Of a stretch of 64,000 nt of DNA, positions 13,756 to 26,676 are shown in pieces. Under the pieces are notes generated by a model that was not told the origin of the DNA, did not search any database, and worked only from the letters and a program-made list of their open reading frames with translations. The position numbers and the translations under genes were made by a program. The DNA comes from Eledone cirrhosa (Eukaryota): positions 104,284,001 through 104,348,000 of the forward strand of contig OZ024741.1 in NCBI GenBank assembly GCA_964016885.1, in the 5' to 3' direction. Within the stretch, counting starts at the first letter, position 1; every line of letters begins with the position of its first letter.

Positions 13756-13760
<5 letters not shown>
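11339..13760 (+). mobile_element. 5'-truncated Penelope-like element (Neptune-type): RT + GIY-YIG, ORF ends 12563, plus long 3' region
   Basis: QISGTAMGTKAAPTYANL, WKRYLVDCF (decayed YxDD), LPFLD, YKPTD, CGRSNCGT, FTCSSKNLIYAIKCKGC..YIGQT..RMTVH. The 3' region recurs inverted at ~52455-53080 and partly at ~5106-5245. Confidence 0.92.
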
Positions 13761-13831
<71 letters not shown>

Positions 13832-13864
13832 TGTGTGTGGTGTGTGTGTGTATGTGTGTAATAG

Positions 13865-13902
<38 letters not shown>

Positions 13903-14718
13903 TATATATATGTAGGAAGAGTCAGGACCCCGACGGCTGAGCTCCGGTCCTTTCGACAGCTAGATCCGAACTAAGCCAGTAGTATTAGGACGACAGGGAC
14001 CTAGCTGAACTTATCAAGGGGGTACAGTCCATATATGGGCATGCAATCAAAACACAGTAGAAGTATCATATCAAACAATCCTAAAAATTGTTGTTTTTCT
14101 TTTCTGTCACGGGGAGTGGTCAATGATTTGGGGATGTCATATACATAATTAAATTCCTTCATACCGGCGGGGTGGGGTGGCTGAACTTGTCTGTAGAACA
14201 AAGGGGAGGGAATAAGGTAACATTCTGACATGTGGGTGCCAGGCCGGTCATGCGTTAAGAGAGAATTCTTTACAACTATCTCTAAAGGGGGTAAAATCAA
14301 CACATAAGAATCAAGGAATGTTGTAGAGTGGAAGTAAGTGTGCCAAGTCTAATAGTTAGCTACAGAGCAAAGCAAATGTAAAGTTAATACTAATTTAATT
14401 CCTAATTAATAACATTTAGTTATTAGTTATTCTAATGCTCTGGAATGGCACCTCAATGTAGTGATTTACTAATATTATCTTCCATAATGATATACCCCAT
14501 AAAAAGCCCATGGCTATGTGTTCGGCCGGTACTATGTATATTTAACAAGTGCGAAAATATTCCGGTTAACCTAAGGAAGAATGGAAACTGAATATAATGG
14601 TGTAGATATGCAAAGAACCACATAAGTGTAAACAGAGTATGTAACTAATGAAAAAAAAAAAGAAAAGAAGAAAAAAGAAAACGTTTCTACTTCTACCTAA
14701 GTATGCTTGGGGTTTCCT

Positions 14719-14950
14719 CTATCTTAGTTTGTAAATAGGAAAGCGATATAGCCGCGGTCTACCCTCCCGGCTCATGAGGGGGTTTGACGGTAAGCATGTC
14801 CTATGTATTCTGTATTTACACGAGGTAACAAGTTTATCCTTTTTGTTTCTAAATGCATGTTGGTGTTGGTAATATCGGGTCTTAAAATCGCAGGCGGTTA
14901 ATTCGATGTAGGCCTTGTTGGAGTTTTCCTTCCTCACGTTGCACTGGTAG
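14719..14950 (-). mobile_element. PLE GIY-YIG fragment
   Basis: VYQCNV..AYIELTACDFKTRYYQHQHAF. Confidence 0.75.
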
Positions 14951-15105
14951 ACTACGTTTCGGTCTCAGCACGATGATCTATCCGGACAGTTACACCTCCT
15001 AGTTTGCTCACCACTAATATCATTGTTGTTTCCTCTGTTAGAGAGGAGTTTTTGTTGTTAGATGAAGCGATGGTTTGTGCAAAGTTGGGTGTGGTGCTGA
15101 GGGAA

Positions 15106-15179
<74 letters not shown>

Positions 15180-15189
<10 letters not shown>

Positions 15190-16275
15190 GAATATAAAAT
15201 GAAAGTGATTTTATAAAGGAATTTATTAGGTATTGACATATGTTTCTGTAAAAGACGGAATGCCTATGTATCGCTGCTTGTGTAATCATATAATGTTAGC
15301 AAGTATTCGATAGCAAATGTATAATCAGTTGTCACTTCTTCAGAGATATTGGATAAATTGGAAAAAATCAGAAAAATTGAAGTATTTATATTAGTTGTAA
15401 AAAAGGAAGAAGAGAGGGGATAGTATATGACAGATGGCAATTCAATTTACTGGTAAACAAGTATATAGAAGGTTTTTAATGAGAATACAATGAGTATATG
15501 GCTTATTTTATCTAAATAAGAATTTTTGGGAGTGCCTATTTTAATCTATATTTGACCAATTGAACAATGGACAGGGCTGGTCATTTGGTGTAGTAGTATT
15601 AATACAGATATAAAGTGTCAATTAAGGAAGAGGGAGATTTTCACTGCTACTGTATAACAACAATGCTGGTAGCCTGCTGGTATATGCATTAGGGAATTGA
15701 ATTAAGAAATCTCATTTTATCTATAGCAATTTATATTAAATGGTAAAGAATAGAAGAGTTGATAGAATTAAGACTAATAGAGAATGTTAATATGTATTTT
15801 GACAATCAAACGGAGATGGAAACAGACGTTTAATCCTGGTAGCGTTTGTAATATGAAAATGTAGATTTCAAGCGATGGTTACAGTATAACGATCGCTCTA
15901 TTCTGTTATTTAATAAAATATTTTTGGATTTCATAATACAAAATAATTCCATATTACACAATTTCCAAAATTCCTGTCCTTGGAAATATGCAGGGGCAGC
16001 GCTATTATATCCCATTTTAGGTTAAATTGTTGGTTATTTTCGCGCAGCTGCCAAGCCTTGTCTGCGAGTGTTGTTACATAACGCTGGTTTTCATGTTTTA
16101 TCGAGTAACGATGTCTATAAAGGCGAGATTTGAAGGAGGTAGCTGTAGACCCCTCATAGTACCACTTCTGGCTACCCGATTCGATAGTACATTTGTATAT
16201 GATGTTGCGTTCAAGACACTGATTGTTCAACGGACACATTCCTGGTTGGACACAGTTACAGTTATAATTTTGCGT
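15180..16275 (-). mobile_element. PLE 3' end: GIY-YIG (15830-16275), 3' UTR, and degenerate long-stem-II HHR (~15230-15350)
   Basis: CNCVQP..CPLNNQCLERNIIYKC..YEGSTATSFKSRLYRH..LKWDI..KLCNME..LLN. Downstream, CTGAAGA..(~90 nt)..GAAA catatg TC. Bounded by (TA)n on both sides. Confidence 0.85.
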
Positions 16276-16277
16276 TG

Positions 16278-16356
<79 letters not shown>

Positions 16357-16361
<5 letters not shown>

Positions 16362-18992
16362 TAATAAAAACAATGAAATAAAAACAAAGAACAAGTTCCT
16401 TAAATTAAAAAATATTACAAATTATCAGAGGAAATATACATACCTTCACATATACATGCTGTCTTCAGAAATGATGAGATTTATTTATTGAAAAAAAAAC
16501 AACAAAGATTTAATATAAAAGGTCTGTTTGGGAATAGGTTTTGAATTGACCAATAGAAAAGTAGTTAGAGATCAAGTTGATAGAATAGCGGTAGTAGAAA
16601 TTTAATTTAGGGGTAGAGGAGTGCAGACTTATGTTTTGAATGAAAAGAATACTTTGAATGAAAAGAATACTTTGGAGATGAAAAGAGGTCAAGCCAGTGA
16701 AGGGTACAAGAAAATTTGATGTTATTAAAGAATAATGTTAAAAACGTTGAAAATAAAATTTTAGAGTACGGGTATTAGTGAGAAATACCAATCTTATTTA
16801 AACCACAAGGAATCTAGATCTATAACAAGAAATTAAATTAATTGATAGGTATACTTATAGGGATAAATTTATATTAATTCATATGAATGTGATAAATAAG
16901 AATTAGTGTTGTTAAAAACGAAGGAAAGTAAAATTTTGGGATAAGGGTAGTAGTGAGAAATACCAATCTTATATAAACTATCTATGAATCTAGATTCATA
17001 ACAAGAAATTAAATTAATTTATAGGTATACTTTTAGGTATTAATTTTAGGAAAAGAGAGCTGTAAGAGGGAAATAAAATTATGAAGTTCTCTGTAGTAAA
17101 ATACTAATTATAGGTAACTAAATTAAAAAACTAATTATAATAATATGTAAAATATAAGAGTAAGGTGTATATTAATTAGGTTTATAATATTTGAAGGTTC
17201 TTCTAACTCTATGATTGCAAGATATAATTAATTCCTGTCGCTTATTTAATAGGATATCCTTAGATTTCATGATTTCAAAAAGTTCCTGGGAGCATAACCT
17301 ACACACGTATCTGTTATTTTGATAAGGGGTGGCCCTTTTGAGCACGCTCCAGGTCAGGTTGTAATCGATATTCTTCTTTCGATAATTATTAATTGTTTCA
17401 ACCAAAGATGTTGTATTAGCTAATGCGGCATTTTAAAAACTATGTTTGTGGGTATTAAATCTTACTTTAAATTGGCTAGACGTAGCTCCTATATATGAAT
17501 AAGTGGAGTCCTTAGTGCTAATTTTACATTTATAGACTATGTTATTAATAAGACTTTAATGGGCAATTTCTTTTGATTCTACAGTTACAACCATTCGTGA
17601 ATATTATATCAGGGGAGTTAGTCAAATTTGGTGTGGAATTTACTCGACTTGTTATAGGTGAAGGAGATGGTGGTTTGTTGCGGTTTATTTTAGTATTATG
17701 GTTGGTTTGATGTGTTGTTGGTATATTTGTGGTTATTTTACATTTATATGCGTTGTATGCACTTATATTCTGTTGTATATTTTTGGTAGTGGAGTAGGAA
17801 AATTTGACAGTTGATCTATTTAAAATGTGATGGTTTGGTGGGAAGTTTTTCTCTAGGATAGTAAAAAATCTTTTAGGGATATTATCTTTAATTTGTAGAT
17901 TAAATGGAGTATTATACCAAGTATTACGGTTTCGATATTGTTTTTTATATTTATACGATGTATCAGGATGTTTACTAAGAGAGTTACTATTAGTGAATTT
18001 ATTATATATAGGTTTAGTTAGATAAACTGATTTAGGTGTTTTAGTCTGATTACTAGGAATGTTGTTAGTAATGTTGTTAACATATATTGGGGTATTAGGA
18101 TGAATGGTTTTTTGAAAGTCATATTTTATGTGAGAAGAGGTAGAGAAATTAAGTTTTAGGTTGGTATTTTTAGATGTAGTATGAGTGGCATTTAGGTGTG
18201 GGTTTTTCATTTGGTGTTTGTTGGTAATATTGGGTTGTATGTTTGAAGTATTATTAGTGCAAGGTATATAGACTAATTTGTTTTTGTGGTCGCTTCTAGC
18301 TAAAGTTTCGTTATAAAAGGGCGCGTTTTTATCGAATACATCCTGGTTAGATGAAAGGTTAGAGATTCTGAGTAAGCTGTTATATGCTAGGTTTTTAAGG
18401 ATAGATCTAGGGTGATTGGATTGTGAGTGTATGTAATGTAAGTTTTGGTTAGGTTTATGGTAAGGTTGGTAGATACCCGTAGATAGGTCTAAAGTTATAT
18501 CTAAGAAATTGACTATTTTACTGGTGTTTTCAAATGTAATAGTGAGATTGTAATAGTCTTTGAGGAAAGTTCTAAGTTTTTTTATTTTTTTCAATTTCTG
18601 ATAGGCTAAGATTAGTGGAGACAGTCATCACGATATAAACCACCTTTAAGGTGGGGAAAAGATGAATTAATGTTAAATAGAAGAAAGAGGCCCACAAGAT
18701 CGGTGATTTGGGCAGAATCACTAGAGTCAATTCAAAACCTGTTCCCAAGCAGACCTTTTATATTAAATCTTTGTTGGTTTTTTTTTCAATAAACAAATCT
18801 CATCATTTCTGAAGACAGCATGTATATGTGAAGGTGTGTATATTTCCTCTGATAATTTGTAATATTTTTACATAGATCTATATGATATACATGCCAACAC
18901 ACATATACATCCTAGAAACGATCGTAAAATGATGAATTTTTTAATATAAGGAACTTGTTCTTTGTTTTTATTTCATTGTTTTTATTAATTTA
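16357..18992 (-). mobile_element. 5'-truncated PLE (RT 3' half + GIY-YIG, 17172-18725) with an inverted 5' pseudo-LTR
   Basis: SSDSAQITDLVG, YRDD, FLDITLDL, PYHKP, NHP, CNCR..CPL, CRLCSQE. 16357-16549 and 18726-18992 are inverted copies. Confidence 0.92.
18800..18935 (+). ncRNA. Hammerhead ribozyme with ~99-nt stem II
   Basis: tcatcattt CTGAAGA [18816-18914: atgtatatgtg/cacatatacat, ggtgtgtatat/atatacatgcc] GAAA cgatcg TA aaatgatga: perfect 9-bp stem I and palindromic stem III. Confidence 0.85.
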
Positions 18993-19108
18993 TCTTAACT
19001 CTGTTTTCCTATGATTTTTATCGAAAATTTTTGAATGCATCTTCTCTTTTCATGATATTTGAATTACATTGAGTTCTTCATACGGATTGGACACTAGCGT
19101 ATATTTTG

Positions 19109-19209
<101 letters not shown>

Positions 19210-19704
19210 GGTTCATATCTCACAGAGGTCAACTTTACCTTTCAAGCTTTCGAAGTTGATATAAATACCAGTCATGTACTAGGGTCGATTATTTTTCTTT
19301 ATCTATTTCTCACTTCCCCTCTGTCACTCTATCCAACCTTCTCTGTTCTCAGACCTACATAAAGGGTGGGCTCTGTCATTTTTAAAAAGATAGGCCATGT
19401 GTCACTACGGCGCCTCTACAACTTCATTAGGAGTTACGCGTCCATACATAATAAGAGAGTCAAAGGTGACATCATACATACCTTACATATATAGTAGGGA
19501 CTGGCCTTCATCATACACACTTGGCTTTCTTCTGTCTCTTTTGGTTTTTCACATACCGGATTGCATTTCTTGGCCCTCGGGGAAATGAAATTGACGGCCT
19601 TCCTTTTTGGTTGAATAATAAACAAAAACAAAAATTATTTTTGTGTAGTTTCGTTTTATTAATTCGCAAATCTACGTAGACGAAAATATCGAAAAAACAG
19701 AACC

Positions 19705-20015
19705 AAATACAATACAATACAATACAATACAATACAATACAATACAATACAATACAATACAATACAATACAATACAATATAATATAATATAATATAATAT
19801 CATATCATATCATATCATATCATATCATATCATATCATATCATATCATATCATATCATATCATATCATATCATATCATATCATATCATATCATATCATAT
19901 CATATCATATCATATCATATCATATCATATCATATCATATCATATCATATCATATCATATCATATCATATCATATCATATAATATAATATAATATAATAT
20001 AATATAATATAATAT
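19705..20015. repeat. Compound pentanucleotide array (AATAC)n(AATAT)n(CATAT)n(AATAT)n
   Basis: Read directly from the sequence. Confidence 0.97.
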
Positions 20016-21527
20016 ATGAAAATAATATAAATATATTAAAATTAAATATTGTTATATTCAAATATATATTAGAATAACATACATAAAACACTCCGAGTAT
20101 GATTTAGGGTGTCATTAATAGGGGTGAGAAAAAGTGGGGAATTTAACTTGGCTTATAGCAGAGTGGACTCTGTTAATGACATACAAAGGCCATAAAGTTG
20201 TTTTAAACATGGTGTTGGATTATATCTACCGGCCAGGAACATGTATAATCTACTTGACAAACTTCCAAACAGTCCCTGTGTCTATCCAATTTCACTCATG
20301 TGGCTTTGTTTGACGGGGGGGGGGGGGGGGGGGTCATGATTGAAGATATTTTTTCAAGGTGCCACTCACGTTTTGATTAATTCAATGCAGAGTTTATCAA
20401 GGAACTGTTAAGGTAATTCGGTACAAGACTGAAAAATGTTTGAGACCCAGATTAAAATCTTTTCGAAAACCTCATCATGTATGCTTCTTGGCCATCAATT
20501 AACTACCATGTCGTCAACATCTTCCATCCCAACTTTAAATAAGGAAGTTTTGAAATATTCTGATGACTATGAAAGTTTAACAAAGAACAGTTGGTGTTTT
20601 CTTGCATTAAAGATGTCAGTTATCTCAACTGTAGTTGCCAATTGCACCAACCTTTCAATAAACATAAATAATCTTTTACTATGAATAGTTTGTTTACATG
20701 AATCTACAGGAAGATAGTGTCTTCCTTACTTCCATACTTCGGCACGCACGAATAAGTGAACACATACTGACGAGATTGAAATGCACTCATCGCTGCTACT
20801 CTGATTGTTGAAGTAGCCGCGACATGTTCCCAGATGGAATACTGACAGCGTAACGAGATGCATATTTACTATATGTCAACTTATTTTATATGGATTTATA
20901 CACCACTTTATTCTGAATGATAGAATTGCAACCTTTAATTAAATAAACAAAGATACGTGGCACAATGTAGTCCTTGATTATAATATGTTATGTCTAAGTC
21001 TCCTTTGATGATGACTGATGTGGAGCTAAACAATAACAACACTATCAGCTACAACGACCACATCCACAACCACAACCACAACAGCAACATAACCAGACAA
21101 AACCACTCCCTTTTCCAATAAGTAGACCAATTCTATTAAAAACCGGCCATACACCGAGCTATTAATACAACAGACCGATTCTGTCATCAACCGCCCATAC
21201 ACGGAGCTTCATTTATCTGTTGAAGTATAATATTGTGTAAAGTAGAAGGTATATGTGCATAATTCCGTGTGTAATTGCTATGACTAGAATAAAATGCTGT
21301 TCATTTCAATGATGGTGTCGATAAATGACCGGAAATACAAACACAGCTCATTCCAGAAAATAGCAAAGCTTAACAACTGTAAATATTAGCAAGTCAAATC
21401 TATCATGATTTTCGCAGCCTATATTATAACTGGCACATTCTATTATGCATGTCTATCAACTTGCCACTTTGTCTTATATAGAGTTTTACAATCTTACTCT
21501 ATCTCGAATTATGTTTAACAATTAACA

Positions 21528-21830
21528 AGCACCATGGCCAAATGGCTCACTTCGAAATCATTACATCCGGGTTCGATCCCACTGCGTGAAATCTTGGATA
21601 AGTGCCGACACGTCTTGTGAGTGAAATTTGGTAGATGGAGAGTGTTTGGATTGTGCCTGTAATTCAAAGGATCAGCCATTGGCTCACATTGCACCCTGCT
21701 GAATCTTTCTGGGAATTGGGTAAAAGGTAATCTTGTCTGTGGAATGCTCAATCACTTACATGTTGATTCACGCGAAGACTGTTCTGTTGATCGAACAACT
21801 GGAACAGTCATTGTCGAAACCGACAAAGAT
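21528..21830 (+). mobile_element. tRNA-derived SINE
   Basis: A-box-like tggccaaatgg, B-box ggttcgatccc, and core gtgagtgaaatttggtagatgga. Confidence 0.7.
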
Positions 21831-22656
21831 CTACTCCATTATACAATTCAGAATGTGTTCTACTTGAAAATAACCAGACGTACTATGACCTAACGAGGGG
21901 GCTTCTATATGGTCCAGTCTGTTGGAAGACGATGATAAGGTCTTGATCGAAGAGGAATGTAAATTCGACTCTTTTAGTCGCCTCCGTCGATGATAACGAA
22001 TAAAATAAAAAAAAGATCTAAAATATTTAAGTATAACAATGTACATAATTCACTAATTTACTATAGAAATTGGACACATACCACTCGGGAGTCAACCACT
22101 GAAAGCAGACTAACAGAGCACATGTCATTTGAAAACGAAACCGATTAAGTCTTTTATATAAACAAAAATAACACACAATAGAAATAAAAACCGCATCATT
22201 CAACTCAATGTTAAAAGTGGAATACGTAACTCTGTGTTTGATGCATAAAAAGTATGAAAATGAAACACGGAAAGCTCAGCAGCATCAAACGTCGTATTTT
22301 ATTCTTCAAGACTCGCAAATAAAAGGAGATTAATTTGTTTCCACTTGTTCTTACCTATTATTCTCACTGAGACTTAGACAATGTCTAATTCAATGATAAT
22401 AATTGAACTAAACAATGTACAACACACACAAATGAAAGAAAAGATTGAGACGGAATATTAAAACAGAAAATAAACATCAATGCGCTAACTGAAGTATATA
22501 AATGTTACAGTATTAGTATTCACAACTGGATGATAAATGAGTTAGCAAGAAGAGACATAAAAAAGAAAAATAATTACTACATTTAGAGTAGACCGCCGAA
22601 AATCTAGCGGAGTAAAGACCTTTGGCAATTAGAAAACTATAATAAAATATCTTCTG

Positions 22657-22950
22657 TAAAAGGTAAAGGGTAAAAACCCCTTCGATCACGAATGATCATG
22701 GGTTTTGCACCAGCAATCGCCCGTGCATACCAACCTTTCCTCTCCACAATGTTGTCCAAGGGGAAGACAAAGGCCAATGCATCTTGGTGCCAGGTACGTC
22801 GCAACTCATTTTTTCTAACTGAGTGGACTGGAGCTACGTGAAATAAAGTAATTTGCTCAAGGACGTAACGTACCACCCGGTTCAGGAATCGAACTCACAA
22901 CTTCCCGATTATGAACCAAACGCTCTAACCACTAAGCTACGTGCCTTCAC
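22657..22950 (-). mobile_element. tRNA-derived SINE (second family)
   Basis: Reverse complement has gtagcttagtggttagagcg..gagttcgattcc, a gtccttgagcaa core and a (TTTACC)-type tail. Confidence 0.75.
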
Positions 22951-23219
22951 AAAAATATATAGTGATGGAAACAATGGTGGAAAACTAATTAAAATAGTTA
23001 TAGATCGTGAGCAAAAGAAAACAAAAACTATTTTCGTGCTTCAGGGAAGTCAAGAAATTTAAAATTGTGAGGAGAAAGAAGAAACAACTTCAGAAATTCT
23101 GAAAGGGTTAAAAACTTAGTTAAAAGTAAGGTTGCTGAACAACATTCTAAAACCATGTCAAAAAACCCCTTCGTTCTCAATACATGAAAAATTTGAACTG
23201 AATGAAACTAGGCTAAGAA

Positions 23220-23631
23220 AAACACACTACTAACTGAGAAGTACATGATTCAAACCAGTTATCGAAGGATGTTTTTATATTGCTGCAAAAGCCTGAAACC
23301 ACATCACTAAATCACCAAAATCACATAATGAAGTAGAACACAGAGTATGTAGAATAGGTAGAGTTTTGGAAGAAACAATTAACCACATTGTCCCTGGCTG
23401 CCCATTTGTAATAATAAAAGAATACATCCATAGAGATGACAAAGCTAGGAAGTAGATACACTAGATGTTATGCCAGACTTATAGTATGAACCAGAAAGGG
23501 TGTCCGAATATGGCAATAGCAAAAATAGTCTGGTATATAACAATACAGACATAGAGATCAGGAGTAATCGGTCAGATATTCTTGTCATAGACCAGGAAAA
23601 TGTGTGTCTCCTAATCGAAGTATTAGTCTAA
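23220..23631 (+). mobile_element. RLE-type (R4/Dong-like) non-LTR remnant; related piece at ~26505-26865
   Basis: RVCR..EETINHIVPGC..EYIHRDDK zinc-knuckle region and NRSDILVID..CLLIEV (decayed PD-(D/E)xK). Confidence 0.65.
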
Positions 23632-24183
23632 TCTATATATCTAAAACAGAGAATGTCTGTCCCCCTAAAACTCGAGAACCACCCAACCGATTTTTTTCAA
23701 ACTTTACACATGTAATACTTATGGTCATGTGAGTTTTGAGCAAAAAATATTTCAAATTTTCAATGCCCTACGGACATTAGGCGCCGGTTAGCGATCTCTC
23801 TCTCTCTCTCTCTTTCTTAGTCTGTCTTTTTAGATAGATACATAGTTATAACGTCACGCCCTTAGAATATATGTATGTATGCCTGGCTGTCTGCATCACG
23901 ACATTATGACGCGGTGTGTGTGTGTATATGTATATATATATAGTGTGTAACGTTTTTCGAAATATTTACTTCTGCGGTCACAGATTTATTTTTTTAGTTT
24001 CAGAAGATCCCGTTAAGGGTGAAAGCAGCGATTCTTTGCTTAAACTTTAATTTTTTTATAAGCACAAAATGTAGGCACATCCCAGGCCGAGGTATTCCAT
24101 ACTTCTCTGTACTGTTTCAGAAAGGAGAAATAAACATGCCAATCTATGTTAAAATCCCGAGCAACGCCGGGCCATTCTACTAG
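23632..24183 (+). mobile_element. Non-autonomous Helitron
   Basis: Starts A|TCTATATAT and ends CTAG|T, with subterminal hairpin cccgagcaacgccggg at 24156-24171 and no TSD. Confidence 0.85.
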
Positions 24184-24419
24184 TAATGTCTAAAGCAGGA
24201 CTGTCGAAGTTGGTTCGTTCGAACAAATTTTGCACTATTTGCTCTTAATTTGACTTTTCCGTAAGTTTAATAGCATGATTTGAGATTTTGGTACGTTTTA
24301 AAGATCTAATTTTGTATAATTTATATTCTAAATTCATCATTTAACTCTTTACGATCCAGTTTAATTTCCAACCATAATACTATTTTTACGCATAGCGGTT
24401 AGAGATCGAAAGGTGCACT

Positions 24420-24720
24420 AAATCTAATGAAACATACTCATAGAGTTTATCTTGAACTGGCAATGTTCCCCGGTAGCACTGCCAGGTCAGGGATTTCTGG
24501 AAGTTTTCTATGGACTCTGGACTGCCCAGTGTCTCCCCAAGAACGACATCGCTTTTACTCGCCAGAAACCTTCTATAGAACGCCAAGGTAGAGCTTCCAT
24601 CGATCGTACTATCCGATTGGCAGATAGCTGTGAGCGCTTGAAGACATTCCAGTTTCCAAGCACATCCCTTGTTTTCATTTAACCCATGACTGCAGCTCTG
24701 TCAAGGAGACGAGCTGGGGA
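24420..24720 (-). mobile_element. Tx1/L1-like LINE fragment
   Basis: ENFQKSLTWQCYRGTLPVQDKLY is homologous to 61054-61581. Confidence 0.8.
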
Positions 24721-24739
24721 AAAAACGAATAACAGTGTT

Positions 24740-26579
24740 TTATGATTTTAGCACAAGAATAACAATTTTGGTGGGAAGGGAAAGTCGGTTAAATCGACCT
24801 CAGTGCATTACTGGTACTTTATTTTATCGACTCGTAAGGATGATAGGCAAAGTTAACCTCGACGGGATTTGAACACAGAACATAAAGGGACGTAATTATA
24901 TGCCGCAAAGAATGTTGCCCGGTTACCAGACAGAGATGTTACTAATACAGGTTACAACATTAAGTGGGGGTTTATATAGAAATGAGAAAAAAAGGTGGGG
25001 TGACATATGGCATATGCGTAGTATACAGGTTGGGTATATGTTGTATACAATTATATGAGACATTCAGTCCTCTTGCTGTAGAGAGCTGAATGCCTTAGGA
25101 TATTTGGGGGACCCTACAGATCCACAATGGCCTTCATAATAATAATAATGATTTCTAGTATATAAACTGGGAGAAGTACTTAGAAACAATATTATTTCTT
25201 TATTAGCCACACAGAGCCACCCTAAGAAAACATTAAAGAAGGACAATAATAATAATAATGATTTCTACTATAGGCACAAGGCCAGCATTTTGGGGCGATG
25301 GCAAAGTCGATTAAATCGACCCCAGTGCATTACTGGTACTTTATTTTATCGACACCGTGAAGATGAAAGGCAAAGTTAACCTTGGCGGTATTTGAACTCA
25401 GAACGTAAAGGGTCATAACTCTATGCTGCAAAACATAATGCCTGACGTTCTACCGATACTGCCAATCCACCGCCCTAATAATGATGATTTCTACTATAGG
25501 CACAGGGCCAGCAATTTTGGGGGAGAGGAAAGTCGATTAAATCGACCCCAGTGCATTACTGGTGTTTTAGTTAATCGACCCCGTAAAGATGAAAAGCAAA
25601 ATTTAACCTTATTATTATTTATTTTTATTTGCTACAAGGACCAACAAAAAGGGGACAATACAATAGATAGGTGGGTGCTTACACTGAAATCGAGTAGAAA
25701 GAAATTAACAAACAAATAACAATGAACAAAAGAATTACAACAATGAAAATTCTCCAATTGGGAGAGGATCACCCACGGGTGACTTAGGAACCCCACAAAT
25801 CTTAAACCACCCTAGGAGGGTGCCCCTCTTCTCTTTAAATCCTACAGGCGCATGATCAAAGTAAGCCCATTAACACGGGCCATACCTGCAACATTCACTC
25901 ACCTTTTAGCAAATGTACTGGGGGGAACCATTTCTCTCTCCACCCTCCTCTTCCTTTCCAAATGAAACTTGAAAAAGTTGATGAGGGATTGGCCGAAGAG
26001 AAAAGTATCTGTCTTCAGTCCTTTCAACCAAGTCGACCACAAAACCTCTTTCGCTACTGTCACCAGACAAGAACACAGCCTGACCTTCCCTGCCAAAAGA
26101 AAGCGGCGGGGCGATCTTCACTGTGGACTCGGTCGATAGCCGGATCAGTCCTACACGCAACAACAGTAATGCACGCAACAAGTCAGTAATGCACGGTTTC
26201 GTCATTCTACGCGCATCTCGGGAAAGTCCGTCTGACAGCACTTCCGTCCCTATAGAGTTTATCCCGAACTGGCAGTGCATCCCGGTAGTACTGCCAATCA
26301 AGGGATTTCTGGAAGTTATCCATAGTCCCCGGCTTGAAAGTCCCCCGGAACAGATCGGTCAGTTCAATTTCTTCGACGCCACTGCCTCGCCCAAGAGCGT
26401 CATCGTACTTGCCCACCACTAACCCTCTATAGAATGCAACAGAGGAATTTCCACTGACCACAATGACCGCTGGGTGGAGGACAGTGAGCGCCTGACAACA
26501 TTCCAGATAATGCCCTTAGAACTAAGTGGATGAAACATCATATTGATAAAGAGGAGGCTAACCTGCTCTGTAGGATTTG

Positions 26580-26676
<97 letters not shown>

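Noticed and set aside
20390-20710. Possible exon or transposase remnant
   Set aside because: No recognisable motif or consistent splice signals
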